Below are positions 36,405-49,393 of a stretch of 64,000 bases of DNA, in pieces. The position numbers and the translations under genes are program-made. The stretch is from the NCBI GenBank assembly GCA_043228905.1, contig JBHGNT010000003.1, positions 2,542,001 to 2,606,000 of the forward strand, in the 5' to 3' direction. A model generated the notes under the pieces. It was not told where the DNA came from and made no database searches. It saw nothing but the letters and a program-made list of their open reading frames with translations. Source of the stretch: Azolla caroliniana. Lineage: Eukaryota > Plantae > Polypodiophyta. Numbering within the stretch: position 1 is the stretch's first letter; each line of letters starts with the position of its first letter.

Positions 36405-37919
36405 TTAGTTTTTCCCTAGGGCTTGATTAAGTTCCCCCAGGGTGTGATTAATTTCCCTTAGGGTGTAATTAAGTTCCCCCAGGGTGTGATTACGTTCCCC
36501 CGGTGTGTGATTACCAAATGAATCGTAATAGCCTACGATTGTGTAGACCGTCTGCAATGCTGAGAATAGGAGTAGTAGAAATGCCACAAGCAGCGAAATC
36601 ATTAGCCATGGCCGAGAAAAATACTTTTCACGGCACTCCACAAACATGGGACGCCAAGGGTTCTCATAGTGGTGCTGTATATCGCGTATCATGTCGTCCC
36701 ATCTCTTGCATGACTGAGTCGAGACGTTGGTGCACATGTCATTCCACATCTTGACCATCTTCTCATCACTCCCCAAGTGATTCTCTATGACCCCCGCCTT
36801 AGTCAAGATCGCTACATCCTCCGGTGTGTCGATGAGCGAGTCCATGACGACCGCATACTTAGTGAAATCGCCACCAACTTTGGAGGTTTGCTCATGGGCA
36901 ATGAGGTTCCGCAGAATATCCTCCGTGCCATGGTACACCACAAGCCGTGGGAGACCAAATCGAAGGCGTCTCTTGTTGTAATGCATCACTGATATGCCAC
37001 CCCCTTCAATCCCCTTGAACCAGATGCCGGCTTTCGACAGCTGAGATGCTGTTGGCAAGCAATCACGAAAGATAGTTTTCTTGGGAACTGCTAGTTTCTT
37101 CTTGCAAAGATTCCATAATCGTGAGAAGCTAAATGGATCCATGGCTTGACTCCCATACTTTTGTAATGGTTCCCTGAGGACCCAAACATATAGGCAATCA
37201 AGTAGATGACTGCAAGTGTTGCAAAAATCAGGAATTTGAAATCTCTGGACAAACTCTGTGGAGAAACCCTGGCCGATAAGGAATGGATCGTTTATCGCAA
37301 CAACATAAAACAATCCTTCCTGGAGTTCATCCCATTCTGATTCGGGTTGCTTTGGAAACTCTTCAATCAGCTTCTTTAGAAATGACATGGGAATTTGGTT
37401 GCCCATTACGAACAAATCCCTCAATACTTGGTTGTATGTAATGTCATTGTAGCAGAGTGTGTGGAAGTGGTCGTGTTCCCCGGCTATGGCCTCCCATTTA
37501 GGCAGAAGAAACAGCAAGAACTCACGAATAAAGATGGTATCCACAGTGACCAAAAGTTGGAGGGACTCAGAACTATATCCGGGAAGGCCTGAATAATGTT
37601 TGTGAAGATCAGAAGGGTCATAGCAGAGGCGTTGCATGAGCTCTACCACATCTGATATCTTATGTCGTCTAATGAATTTATTCACGCACAGTGCCTTACA
37701 ATTATAACGAGCAGGGCTCCCACTAAGCATTTCATGTAATGGTCCGATGGTCAAGGTCTGCGGCCGATATGATTCTGGCTTGACATCCACTAATGCTTTT
37801 GTAGGCTTCGAAATCTTCATGTATACAAGTGTATCAGCTTTACTATCAGTCTCATTGATGCTTATTATCATGTTTGCTCTCCATTTGTCTTCTTTAGTAC
37901 AGGATTCAGATTGATTCAT
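36405..37919 (-). CDS. DUF247/UPF0481 family protein, 504 aa, C-terminal TM plus repeat tail
   Basis: Intact ORF: SYRPQTLTIGPLH, NQIP, HLLDCL, LPTASQLSKAGI, LRNLIAHEQ, MDSLIDTPEDVAILTKAGVIENHLG, YFSRPW and a hydrophobic helix. Confidence 0.95.
   Translation of the reverse strand: MNQSESCTKEDKWRANMIISINETDSKADTLVYMKISKPTKALVDVKPESYRPQTLTIGPLHEMLSGSPARYNCKALCVNKFIRRHKISDVVELMQRLCYDPSDLHKHYSGLPGYSSESLQLLVTVDTIFIREFLLFLLPKWEAIAGEHDHFHTLCYNDITYNQVLRDLFVMGNQIPMSFLKKLIEEFPKQPESEWDELQEGLFYVVAINDPFLIGQGFSTEFVQRFQIPDFCNTCSHLLDCLYVWVLREPLQKYGSQAMDPFSFSRLWNLCKKKLAVPKKTIFRDCLPTASQLSKAGIWFKGIEGGGISVMHYNKRRLRFGLPRLVVYHGTEDILRNLIAHEQTSKVGGDFTKYAVVMDSLIDTPEDVAILTKAGVIENHLGSDEKMVKMWNDMCTNVSTQSCKRWDDMIRDIQHHYENPWRPMFVECREKYFSRPWLMISLLVAFLLLLFSALQTVYTIVGYYDSFGNHTPGERNHTLGELNYTLREINHTLGELNQALGKN
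36412..36515 (-). repeat. Coding minisatellite, 21-nt unit x5 (NHTLGEL)
   Basis: NHTPGER NHTLGEL NYTLREI NHTLGEL NQALGKN. Confidence 0.9.
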
Positions 37920-39525
37920 TTCACGTGTAAGGCTGATTTCCTTGTTGATATTGTCTTAAACTTCTTCTTCTTCGGTGGGCACGAACTTGATGCTTTCTTG
38001 TAGAAGTACCAGCCCTAGTCTTTTCTTGGAGGAGATAAGAATAGAGAGAAAAATGTGTGTGGGAGAGAGAGGGAGATAAGAATGCCAGAATCATATATGT
38101 ATGGAGAGAGAGCATAATCATGCCATTTTATACAATGTCATAGACAGCAAATATTCTATTCCGTTTTTTGGTCAATTCTTCGATGATTTCAGAAATCTCG
38201 TGGCTGTGGATGAGCTGAGTATACCTAGCAAAGTGAACTCCTTATTGAAAGGTTTGTGAATGGGCGCGGACGTTTCTCAATCCATGCTCCATGCCATTCT
38301 TTAATTTATATTACAGGCAAGATTGATCTTGATTTTAGTTAGAGACAAAGTTTTCCTTTTTCTTGAGGCAAAGTTGTTATATCTTTTAGTGTCCCTCTCT
38401 GTTGATTAATGATAGTAAATGCTTCAGTGATTACATAATTTTTCACAACATATACGACATCAGATTAGAATATGGTATCAATTAACATGGACAATTAGTG
38501 GAAAATGGGTACGAATTGACTCAATCATTTACATGCTGTAATTGTTTGAGAGGAATTAAATACAAAAAAAATAAACTAAACTTTGCGTACGAATTGACTC
38601 AATCAAATGTCCTGGAAGAGCTCATGAAACACCTCGTTCCTGACACCATTGATCTTAACAACCATTAATTGATCTTCTACCCAATATAACATTAACAAAT
38701 TATTTAAACGTTTGCTCTTATTGACTCAGGGACTTTTTCCTCTTTTAATTTAGGAAATGGGCACTTGTTGGCTAATTTTAAACATTAACCTTCAAAAAAC
38801 AAGTTTGAATTGAAAAGTTCTTAATGGACAACACTCCTGTCAGAGAAAATGGCAAAGAGCAGAATATAGGGCATTGAAAAGTAAGCGACATTAGTAAGAA
38901 TACGTACAACATTTGTTTTTAATGCAGCACCACATTATCATAAGAATGCTATTAATTATATGACACTATATATGAAACGAGGCGTTGAACATTTAAGCTA
39001 GACTAGATACGATGTTTGATTAATGTTTTCTAAATTCTTAAGAGATTTAATTAAGAAATATCAAATAGAACATTTGACTTTTATGGAAAATGAAATGATT
39101 ACTGGCTCCTTGAGATACCCACAGATTCTCATTACAATTAATTATCTCCATCTTGTCTATATTCCACTGTAATTATCTCCCTCTTGTCTCTCTACTAGAA
39201 TAAACCAAGGCTTCAACTCTTAAATTTGAGAAGCATAAAAGAATTGATTTAATTAGAATTGAATGGAGCATGTGCTTCCTATAAAAAATGACAGGATTCT
39301 TGTCTCTACATGTATGCTGGAGACATCACAAATTCTCATTCTTATCTCTCTTTCTATTCATCCTTATCATTGTTGGACAAATAGATAGAATATAGACTTC
39401 CTTATCATCTGAGGGTAGGAATTCATAGAGATGTATAAAAAGAGGAGTGGCTCTGCTTGACCAAATCCTACAAGAAAGTATCAACTAATTAGTGCTCCAC
39501 AGAAGAAGAAGAAATCAATATTACA

Positions 39526-39600
39526 ATGCCAATGGATGAACCTGATCATGAACCCAACTTCACCAAATGTGAATGGAGACAAGTCTACATGAGAGACCCT
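39526..39600 (+). pseudogene. DUF247 N-terminal remnant (type II promoter)
   Basis: MPMDEPDHEPNFTKCEW matches HEQPNFTKDEW of the 56.9-kb copy; 39240-39590 is an inverted homolog of about 56890-57250. Confidence 0.65.
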
Positions 39601-42403
39601 TTTGACATGTCTCCTTCCAATGTATTCTGATCATAATAACCTTTTAGTGTTCCCTGACATTTTTGCTACATCACTACAGCAACTCTGGCTTTCTTTGCAT
39701 ATATCTATTTCTTAATCACTAATGATGAGAGTGTCTATGGTAAAATCAGTGCAGCAAACTCACAAAATTGGATGGCTCTGTGGTGCTTTATTTTGTGTGC
39801 TTGAATTACGCTACCAATTGGTTTTTTTTATCACTTATGTATCATAAGTGGGATATTTTTGTTGAATGATTAAAGAGCAAATTCAGACAGATTCACGTCA
39901 TGAACCCTGATGTTTGTGTTATCAATCTGATTTAACCATGTGAGTAAATGAATGCATATAGTAACATAAATTTTTCTAATTGACACTTAATAGAGAGCAG
40001 TCAAGTACATCCATAACTTTTGGATGTAAGGAAGATTTAATTTCATTCATTTGAAAGAGCCTTCTACTGAGTTGGAGAGCTTTACCTTGCTGTCCAATTC
40101 AAAATCTCATCACTCCATAGCTAATATTTTACTAACCACGTAATAGTATTATATGAACAAATGGTCAAGAACCTCTTTTACAACTATTACATTATAAATT
40201 TTTGCGTCATCCAACTGTTATGTCAGGTTGCATATTACATTATCTTTAATGTATCCCTTATTGTGGATAATTCATAATTACTGTGTTGGAAACCTGATTC
40301 TATCCCCTTAGGTCACCATTACCAACCTTAAAGATACCAAAAGCCGGGACTAACAAGCAAGCCATGTAATTAATTGGGCCTAGAAAGGACGTGTAATTCA
40401 TAAAATAATAATTATGCCTTTGAACACAATTGCTTGATGTGTAAGATTGTTCAAAATTCACCATTGTTCAAGTAAATCATCCTATTCGGTCCCTATTTCA
40501 TCCTCTCTTTTTTATCATACTCTTTTCTGGAGCACTTGTCTCTTCCTGTGTCCCCTTGATCAAGAATCCTGTTGTAATTGGCCCCACAGCTGCCACAGTT
40601 CTTCACATTATTGTTTCAATGTCCAACCCCTCTACTGCAGATTCTATAAACAGATCCTTAACTACAAGCATATCTATGCCCAGAAAGACGAAGCACATGC
40701 TCGGCATGTGCATTCGGGATTGATTAAATATTAACACACATACAATGTGGGAGTTCAATGTTTTCAAAGGTTAATCTAACAATATATTGATTACTAGATT
40801 TTATTTAACTCACTCACACTATGCATAAGCTCAAAGCATAGTTTCAGAACCAGGGAGAAATTGCTCAAAACATTCAATTCATGGCCAATGCATATAAAAT
40901 CAAAAGGGAATGCTCAAATTAACAAACCAGTGATTCATCTAACTTATTGAATGATCTACGAGTGATTCATGAGACCTGTGCTTCTCCTCCTCCTCCTTTC
41001 CTTCTTCGTCCCTGTATATATCAGCAGAAGCAGGGGAGAGGATGATAGAATTTAGTTATGATGAAAAATGTGGAGGAAAACTCTAAAGGCCATCAATATA
41101 AATATGTGCATCCACATCATTTTAATAAGCCATACTAATTTTCTTAAGATTAATAATGTTATGTATTGTATGATTATGGGGCTTTCTCATTTGATAATTG
41201 TAGATAGAAGCAATTTAAAATGCAAATTAAGGGAGTGATTAGTGCAATTAAGGCAAGAGAAGTAATGGAATACCTGTTTCAGCACCATGTCATTGATGCC
41301 TGTTTCGTTCACAAGAACGTCTTGTACTTGTAACGCTTAGATCTATCTCTGATGTTTAGTTACAAACTTCTCAATCATACAATGAAATCACTCGAGGATT
41401 TTATCTTAACAGAAATTTGGATCAAAAGTAGCATGGCCGACCATGTTTTCAAGCATATTGTTATTTATTATTTGAAGTTAATCATATATATAGTCCAAAT
41501 TCTACTTTAGTTCATCTCAATCATTGGTTAATCTCTGCACGTGGAAACTCTTTTCTTCTTTCCAAAGAAAGCCAAGCATGTTTAGCTAGTTTTGGTGGGA
41601 CCCATGAAGACCTCTTATGTTCTGAAAAAATTCTATATTCTTTTAAACATCTTCTTTTCTATAACTGGTCTTGCTTCTTGACAATATGATATATTCTGCT
41701 CTCACACTTTCATTATGACATTGTGATGATGATGAGAAGGCATGGCATTCGGACCATCTTTTAAAAGGTTATATGTTGAACTTGAATGTCAAAGTGTTAT
41801 TTTATTATGCTTGAATTCACACCGAAAAGGAAAGAGTTAACCTTTTGTGCTTAAGACCTTTATCATTGTCAATTGAGAACAAAAGGTTGGACACAAATGT
41901 GCTTCTGGTTGAATAATTATACAGCTTGGATTTTGAGTAACGTCGGAGACATCAAGACTTCCATTTTCAGCAAATACGGTTCAATGCTGCATCTAAGTTT
42001 GAGCTCTTGGGTAAATTTTGGCTATGCATTGTATGCCTACAAGTGGGCGATCAATGCGTTCATGATTGTCTAATGAGATTCATACAAAACGTAGTTCGTT
42101 TTAATTGATTGTTTGTTTAAAGAGATACTTGGTAATACACTAATCACCAATTTATTATCACAAGTACAATGTGGGATTACAACTACCATGTTTGACCATG
42201 TTTTTTTGTGTCCATAGACTCTTATTCCTTCTGACTTAAATTTAACTTCTACCATGACTACTACATCTTCCAAGAGTCACAAGCTCCAAATGCAAAAATA
42301 ACAGAACTAAAGTACAATGAGATCTCCAATCAATGAGAAATAACAGAAATAACAAAGCTGCTTTTCTTGCCCTAAAGGGTTTGGTTAAGGTTCAATTGTT
42401 AAA

Positions 42404-43804
42404 TTAGTGCGATGATTGGTAATAGGCTGCGATTCCGTAGCCTGTTTGCAATATTGACATTAGGAGCAGTAGAAACCCCACAAGCAGTGAAATCGCTAGC
42501 CATGGCCGAGAAAAATACTTTTCACGAAACTCTGCATACATGGCATGCTCAGGATTTTCATAGTCGTCCAATACATCGCGTATCATCGCGTCCCATCTCT
42601 CGCATGGTCGAATGTCGATGTTGGTGCACATGTCATTCCACATCTTGAGCAACTTCTCATCACTCCCCAAGTGATTCTCTATCACTTGTGCCTTCGTCAA
42701 GATCGCTACATCCTCCGGTGTGTCGATGAGCGAGTCCATGATGACCACATACTTAGTAAACTCGCCGCTAGCTTTGGAGGTTTGTTCATGGGCAAGGAGG
42801 TTCCTCAGCACATCCTCCGTTCTATCTGTCACGACAAGCCGTGGAAGATCGAGCCGAAGCTTTCTCTTGTTGTAGTTCATGACGGATATGGCACCTTCAA
42901 TCGCCCTGAACCAGATGCCGGCTTTAGAGAGCTGAGACGCTGTTGGCAGGCGATCACCAAATATGGTTTTCTTTCGAGGTTCTTGTTTCGTCTCGAAAAG
43001 ATCCCGTAGTCGTGGGAATCTCCAAGGATTGGTGGCTTTCCTCCCAGACTTTTGTAATCGTTCCCTGAGGACCCAAACATATAGGCAATCAAGTAGATGG
43101 TTGCAAAGTCGGAAATCTGGAATTTCAAAACTCTGGACAAACTCTACAGAGAGATTCTGGCTGCTTAAGAATGGATCATTTGTTGCAACACCATAAAACA
43201 GTCCTTTCTGGAGTTCATCCCCTTCAAATTTGTGTTTCTTTGGAAACTCTTCAATCAGCTTCTTTAGATAGGACACGGGAATTTGGTTGCCCATCAAGAA
43301 CAAGTCCCTCAATACTTGCTTGAATGTGATGTTATTGTTGCAGATTTTGCAGAACTGGGTGTGTTCCTCGAGTATAGAATCCCATTCCGTCGGAATAAAC
43401 AGCAAGAATTCACGAATGAAGATGATATCCACAGTCACCAAAAGTTGGAGGGACTCAGAACTATAATTGGGAAGGCCTGAATAATGGATGTGAAGATCAG
43501 AAGGGTCATAGAAGAGGCGTTGCATGAGCTCTTCCACATTTGATATCTGATTTCCTCTCATGAATTTATTCACACACAATGCCTTACAATCATAAAGAAC
43601 AGAGCTCCCACTAAGCATTTCATGCAATGGTCCGATGGTTAGGATCTGAGGCCGATATGACTCTGGCTTGACATCGACTAATGCTTTTGGAGGTTTCGAA
43701 ATCTCCGTAAACAGCTGTGTATCATCATCAGTAGCCTCATTGATCCTTATTCTCATGTCTTCTCTCCATTTTTCTTCTTTAGCAGAGGATTCAAATTGAT
43801 CCAT
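42404..43804 (-). CDS. DUF247/UPF0481 family protein, 466 aa
   Basis: Intact ORF with all family motifs and a C-terminal TM helix. Confidence 0.95.
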   Translation of the reverse strand: MDQFESSAKEEKWREDMRIRINEATDDDTQLFTEISKPPKALVDVKPESYRPQILTIGPLHEMLSGSSVLYDCKALCVNKFMRGNQISNVEELMQRLFYDPSDLHIHYSGLPNYSSESLQLLVTVDIIFIREFLLFIPTEWDSILEEHTQFCKICNNNITFKQVLRDLFLMGNQIPVSYLKKLIEEFPKKHKFEGDELQKGLFYGVATNDPFLSSQNLSVEFVQSFEIPDFRLCNHLLDCLYVWVLRERLQKSGRKATNPWRFPRLRDLFETKQEPRKKTIFGDRLPTASQLSKAGIWFRAIEGAISVMNYNKRKLRLDLPRLVVTDRTEDVLRNLLAHEQTSKASGEFTKYVVIMDSLIDTPEDVAILTKAQVIENHLGSDEKLLKMWNDMCTNIDIRPCERWDAMIRDVLDDYENPEHAMYAEFREKYFSRPWLAISLLVGFLLLLMSILQTGYGIAAYYQSSH

Positions 43805-45874
43805 TTCAAGTGTAAGCTTGATTTCTTAGTTGATATTCTCCTAAATTTCTTCTTCGTCTTCTTCGGTGTGCACAAACTTGATGCTTTCTTGTAGAAGTCA
43901 AGTATTAGCTCTAGTCTTTTCTTGCAGAAGATAAGAAAAGAGAGAAAATGGTGAGATCTAAGAAATTATGCCAGAATCATGTATGTATGGAGAGAGAGCA
44001 TATAATCATGCCATTTTATACATCGAAAGCAAATATTCCATTCCGTTTCTTAGTCCATTCTTCTACGATTTCAGAAATCTCGTGGGGTTTGGATGAGCTG
44101 AGTATGCCGATCAAAGTCAACTCTTCTCTCAATACATGTGGTTTGTGGATGTGGGAGGACTTTTCTCAATACATGCTCCCTACCATTCTTGAATATATAT
44201 TACAGGCAAGCTTGACCTTGATTTTAGAGACAAAGTTTTCCTTATGTTGAGGCGAAGTTCTTGTATTTTATTGTGTCGCTCACTGTAACAGTTGGATTAA
44301 TTATCGTAAATACATTTGAAAAACACAAATAGCGATCACATAACTTTTCACAATGTATACGAAATAAATAGGATTAGAATTTGATCTCAAATTAGCGTGA
44401 ACAATTTGAGGAAAATGGGGACGAATTTACTCAAATCATTTACATGCATGTAAATTGTTTTGAGAGGAAATAAGTACAAAACAATAAATTGAAACGTTGA
44501 GGGGTAGTTCATGATTGAATGCAGAATTCCTCACCGTATGATTTTAAAATCCGCCCATAATTTAATATCTTAAAATATAATCCATGAAAAGCATACTTAT
44601 TCGTCATCAATCAATCAATGAGAGTTTGTTCTAACTCACAATTCCATATTACGAAATTTAGGCCAAAACAATTGTGATTAATTGCTTTCTAAATCAAATG
44701 GGTGGACAGTTGAAAATAACATACCACTGCATTATTGACCTACAAGAAATATGTCACATCCGAGGAATAAAAAATCATCAATAAACACTATATGCCACAA
44801 AATCATGATTTGTGATTATGTTGTTGTCAGTATGTAATCTAGGAATGGGAACTCATAACAAAATCTAAATGGCACACACAGATCATAATTTAGGAAGATG
44901 AAAGTTGAAATATTGGAGACTTCAGAACGACAATATAAAGCAGACATACCGTAAATTTAAGACATGAAAGTTGGATGATTTTGAAGCCTCCGGAATTCGA
45001 CATTCATCTTCCCAATAGCACCCATGTAGGAATCTAGGTGCCAAAAATAATTGATTATAGAAATGTGCAAATCAACCTCCCATTCATAGGGGAGTACTTT
45101 AACCCTATACATACACGTGTTTGATCATTAATTAAATTCCTTCAGTTCTTTGGCACTTTTTCCACTTTTAGGAATTCTTAACATTAGGAAAATGGATGCT
45201 TGGTTGGCTTTATGAAACATTAATCTTTAAAATATACAGGTGTGGATTGAAAAGTTTGGGCAACAATTATGTCAGATAAAAAAATGGGGCATTGAAAAGT
45301 AAGTGACATTAATAAGAATACGAGACTTATACATTTTTTATGTAGAGCCACATCATCAAGTGATTCATAATGCTACCATATATTATTTTTGAATGTAGCA
45401 CCACATCTTAATCCCCCTAATATAAATGCAGGTAGGGCTTTAGAATGTAAGTGGCAAAAATATTTGGTTATAGAATTGAAATGATTATTGGCCCCATACA
45501 AATGCTTTATCTCATTCTTATCTCTCCCCTAGATAGATAAATAGATGCCCCTAAGTTCATGGTGGTCAGGGAGGAGGATATATATGGTGCATGAGCTCTT
45601 CCACATCTGATATCCCATTTCTTTCCATGAATTCTTTCACACATGATTATAATTGTTGTTAATGTAATTAGTACAATTTATATGATTCTGGAATTCTTAT
45701 CTCCCCCCCTCTCTTGCATTCTTCTCTCTATTCCTCTCTCCTGCAAGGCAAGATTAGGGTTGTTGCTTGACTTCTAGAAGAAAGCATCAAGTTCCTGTCC
45801 AACCCAGGAAGAAGAAGTCTGAAGGTTAAGTTTAAGAGAATATCAACAACTAAGAAATCAACCTTAAATGTCAA

Positions 45875-46400
45875 ATGTATCAATCTAAATCTTGTACCAA
45901 AGAACTGATGACAACAACAATCAATAATGCTACTGATGATCATACAGATGTGTCCAACAAAAGTTCGAAAATTTTGAAGCCTCCAATAGCCTTATTGGAT
46001 ATCAGGCCACTGTCATACTCCACTCAGCTCCTGACCATGGGACCATTGCATGAAATGCTTAGTGAAATCTCTTCTACTGATCATTGCATGTAATGCTTAG
46101 GGTTGAAATTCACGGAAAGACATGGGATATCAGATGTGAAACAATTCATGAAACGCATCTTAGAGGAGGACCCTTGTAATCTTGACATGTCCATTATTCA
46201 ATCCTTCCCGCTTATGGCCCTGACACTCATCTTGTCGATACCATCTTCATTTATGAATAATATGAATTATCGTTGTGTCTATGGATTGAATGTCAATCCG
46301 AAACTGAGGGATCCAAATCCCAACTCAAGGAATATGACAACGTCTACACATTCTGCAAAAACTGAGGGATCCAAATCCCAACTCAAGGAATACGGCCCCT
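45875..46400 (+). pseudogene. DUF247 5' pseudogene fragment
   Basis: MYQSKSCTKE...KPPIALLDIRPLSYSTQLLTMGPLHEML...ERHGISDV, then stops, frameshifts and truncation. Confidence 0.85.
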
Positions 46401-46734
46401 TTCACCCTATAGTTGACCTCTATAGGTAACAAACGAATCTATATGAGTAACCTAGAATGAACACTAGCAGAATATTCTATAACATGGCACAAAAACATGA
46501 TTTGAGATTACATTGATAGTAACCATATAAACATACAATCTAAATGACACAAAACCATAATTATGAAAGATCAAAGATGAATTGAAGACTTGCAAACAAT
46601 TAACAAGTAGAGTATACAAAAATAGTTATAAGTTAAAACTTATATATGTGGACTAGATTGTGTGGATTCTCATTTGATTTATCTGTAATATTGGTCATCT
46701 ATAACTCTAGAGTTGGATATTCCTTTCCTTAGTG

Positions 46735-47075
46735 GATTTTGGTGGGATCCTTGATGAATCAAAGGTGGAAGGTTTTCTATACTGATGTCAATGTGTTTTG
46801 ATGGGATGCAAAACATTTAAGGGTGGAAAGATTTTTATATTGATGTCACCATGTTCTTGTTTCTCGTCAATTTGACCTAGATATTCCAAGTTTCTTCTTT
46901 CACATGAAAACCGAGCTTATCAAAGCACATGAATACTCAAGGGTGGATGTTTTTCTATATTGATGTCAATGTGTTTTGGTGGGATCCAAGCACACTCAAA
47001 TGTGGGAGTTTTGCTATATTTATATTAACAAGTTTTGGTGGGATAGAAGAAGACTCAAGTTTTGGTGGGATACAA
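46735..47075. repeat. ~60-bp degenerate tandem repeat (TTTTGGTGGGATCC...CAAGGGTGGAAG...TATATTGATGTC)
   Basis: Several units; same family as 51270-51680. Confidence 0.75.
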
Positions 47076-47819
47076 GCATATTCTTGTTTCTTGTCAATTT
47101 GTTATTTAGTGGGAACATTTGGATTAGAACTTTACAACGACTATGATGACTCAAGACATTCTAACAACCTGTAAAAAGTTAAATGTTGTGCCACAATGTG
47201 AAAGTAATGCCTTTATCCACCATATAAGGAACTTTTGATATTTGGACAAATTATTATTGTTTTCATATATAAGAAGTTACATTCTGCATGTTGCATAGGA
47301 ACATGGTAATGTGGTGGTAAAACTTATACTTACAACCCTAAAGCCATGGTTTTGATGTTGTATTTTAATTACAGTTCTTCATAACCCTTGTTTGACTTTA
47401 AAGTTGTGTTATGTCTCAAAACTCATTACAATTTTCGTTTGACGCAGAATGCTTTGCTTCTGAACACGTGTTACACACCAGGAATAGAAATGGTTCTAAC
47501 AGCCATTTAAAAGCAAGGCTAATGATGATGTTCATTATTTGCCATAGAATTTATTGCTCTTATTTTGGCATGGAAGCCATGAATACCTCAAGGTCTGAAA
47601 ATTTCCTATATTGTTAACATCTTCTTTTCTATAACTAATCTTGCTTCTCAACAATCCCTATGTATATAGCTTATTCCCTCATATGGATTTGCGATCTAGA
47701 ATAAAAAAAATATTGATGGATCAAATAAGCAAATTACTTGCATGTGCACAAACCTTTAAAGTAAGAAGTTTGACTTTGCTATTGATGCGATCATAGAGTT
47801 GATTTTACTCATGAGATCC

Positions 47820-47930
47820 CATGAGATGTCTGAAATAATACAAGAAATGACTCAAAAACGGAGTGGAATATTTGCACTTTATATATAAAATGGCATGATT
47901 GTGGTGTCTCAGATCTCTCTCTCCATACAA
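47820..47930 (+). promoter_or_regulatory. Orphan DUF247 type I promoter with no CDS downstream
   Basis: gaatatttgc...TATAAAATGGCATGATTGTGG...ctctctctccatac matches the promoters at about 57420-57480 and 62610. Confidence 0.55.
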
Positions 47931-49393
47931 ATCTATAATATGTCAAATAATCATGATTTGAGATTACGTTATTCGTAACCATGAAAACCAACATAAACTC
48001 TATATGCCACAAAACCATTATTTGCGAAGACGGAAGTTGAATCAAAGACTTGTGACCTGATGTGTTTTGACTCACAATCCCTTTTCATTCTTCGTCTTCT
48101 TCCTCCTCTTATTCATTCTTATATTTTCATCACCGAGTTTTTCCCAAGGTTTTACAGATCCAAGGCATCACATGGATTTTTGCAACGTTTAATTGAAGTT
48201 AAACATCGCCTTGCAATGGATAATTTACATATGCTATATAAAAAAGAACGCTTTTTTCATATCAAATGCTAGTAGAGAGAGAATTAAATTGGGAGAGAGA
48301 TAGATAAGAGGGAGATAAGTAAATTGGGAGAGAGAGAGAGAGAGAGAGAGGGAGATAATTAAACTGGGAGAAGGACATGACGGAGATAATTAATTGTAAT
48401 GGGAATCTGTGGGTATCCCCATGAACCAATAATCATCTGATTTCGATAAAAATCAAATGCTCTGTTCATTATTTCTTTGGGAGAGCATTTGTATTTATGT
48501 AAAGACATTCATAAGTAAACATTGGGTATCAAGTATAACATTCGAGGATAATGTTTTAATTAATTAAATGCTTGCTCTTTTTTACTTTGGCACATTTTGC
48601 TCTTTTTGGAATTCCCAACATTATTGCCTCTCTGAAATGTTAACCTTTAAAATATACAAGTAATGGGTTGAAAAGTTCTTGATGGGCAACAATCATGTGC
48701 AAGAAAATGGCAAAGAATAAAAAACAAATGGGGCATTAAAAAGTAAGTGACATTCATATAAATAATACACTTATATTTTTAATGTAGCACCACATCATCA
48801 TAAGAATGCTACTAATTAGACAACACTATATAATATGAAAAGAGGTGTTGATTTATTTAAGCTAGAGTAGACACCATGTTTGATTAACATTTTCTCAATT
48901 GGTATGAGATTTGGTTAAGAACTATCAATTGGTAGGAGATTTGAATCATAGAGTTGTAACAAATAATTACTCAAGCATACATTCAACACCAATCAAGTTA
49001 ATGCTATTTATTACAAGTCACACTTTAAACCCATTAACAATCCTTGTAACAGATAAATACTCAAGCATGTATTAAGCACCAATCAAGTTACTATTATTTA
49101 TTATAACAAGTGTCACTTAAGACCCGTCAACAATTCTTGTAACAAATAATTACTCAATCAAGATGTCGTAAATACAATGCCATGTCTCACCATGTTCTTA
49201 TTTCTAAGCACATAAATGCTTAGAACAATCTTCCACAATGATAAAAGTTCATATGGATTGTAAATTGAATAGACATCAATAAAGTAATAGAGTCAAATGA
49301 GATCCAAGAAATGAACAACGGAATGAAAGCTCAAACACTTGATTATTGTGTTTGAGCTTCGTCATGCGCTCTAGGGTTGATTTTGAGATTCCA

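Noticed and set aside
37921-38121. Conserved peptide uORF upstream of DUF247 genes (similar ORF at 27518-27721)
   Set aside because: The frame is broken by early stops or indels in the leaders of the intact 43804 and 57659 paralogs, so the similarity reflects shared leader DNA.
42412-43480. Recurrent antisense ORFs over DUF247 genes (also at 21143, 36503, 49566, 58487)
   Set aside because: These are shadows of the conserved sense coding sequence, with no independent evidence.
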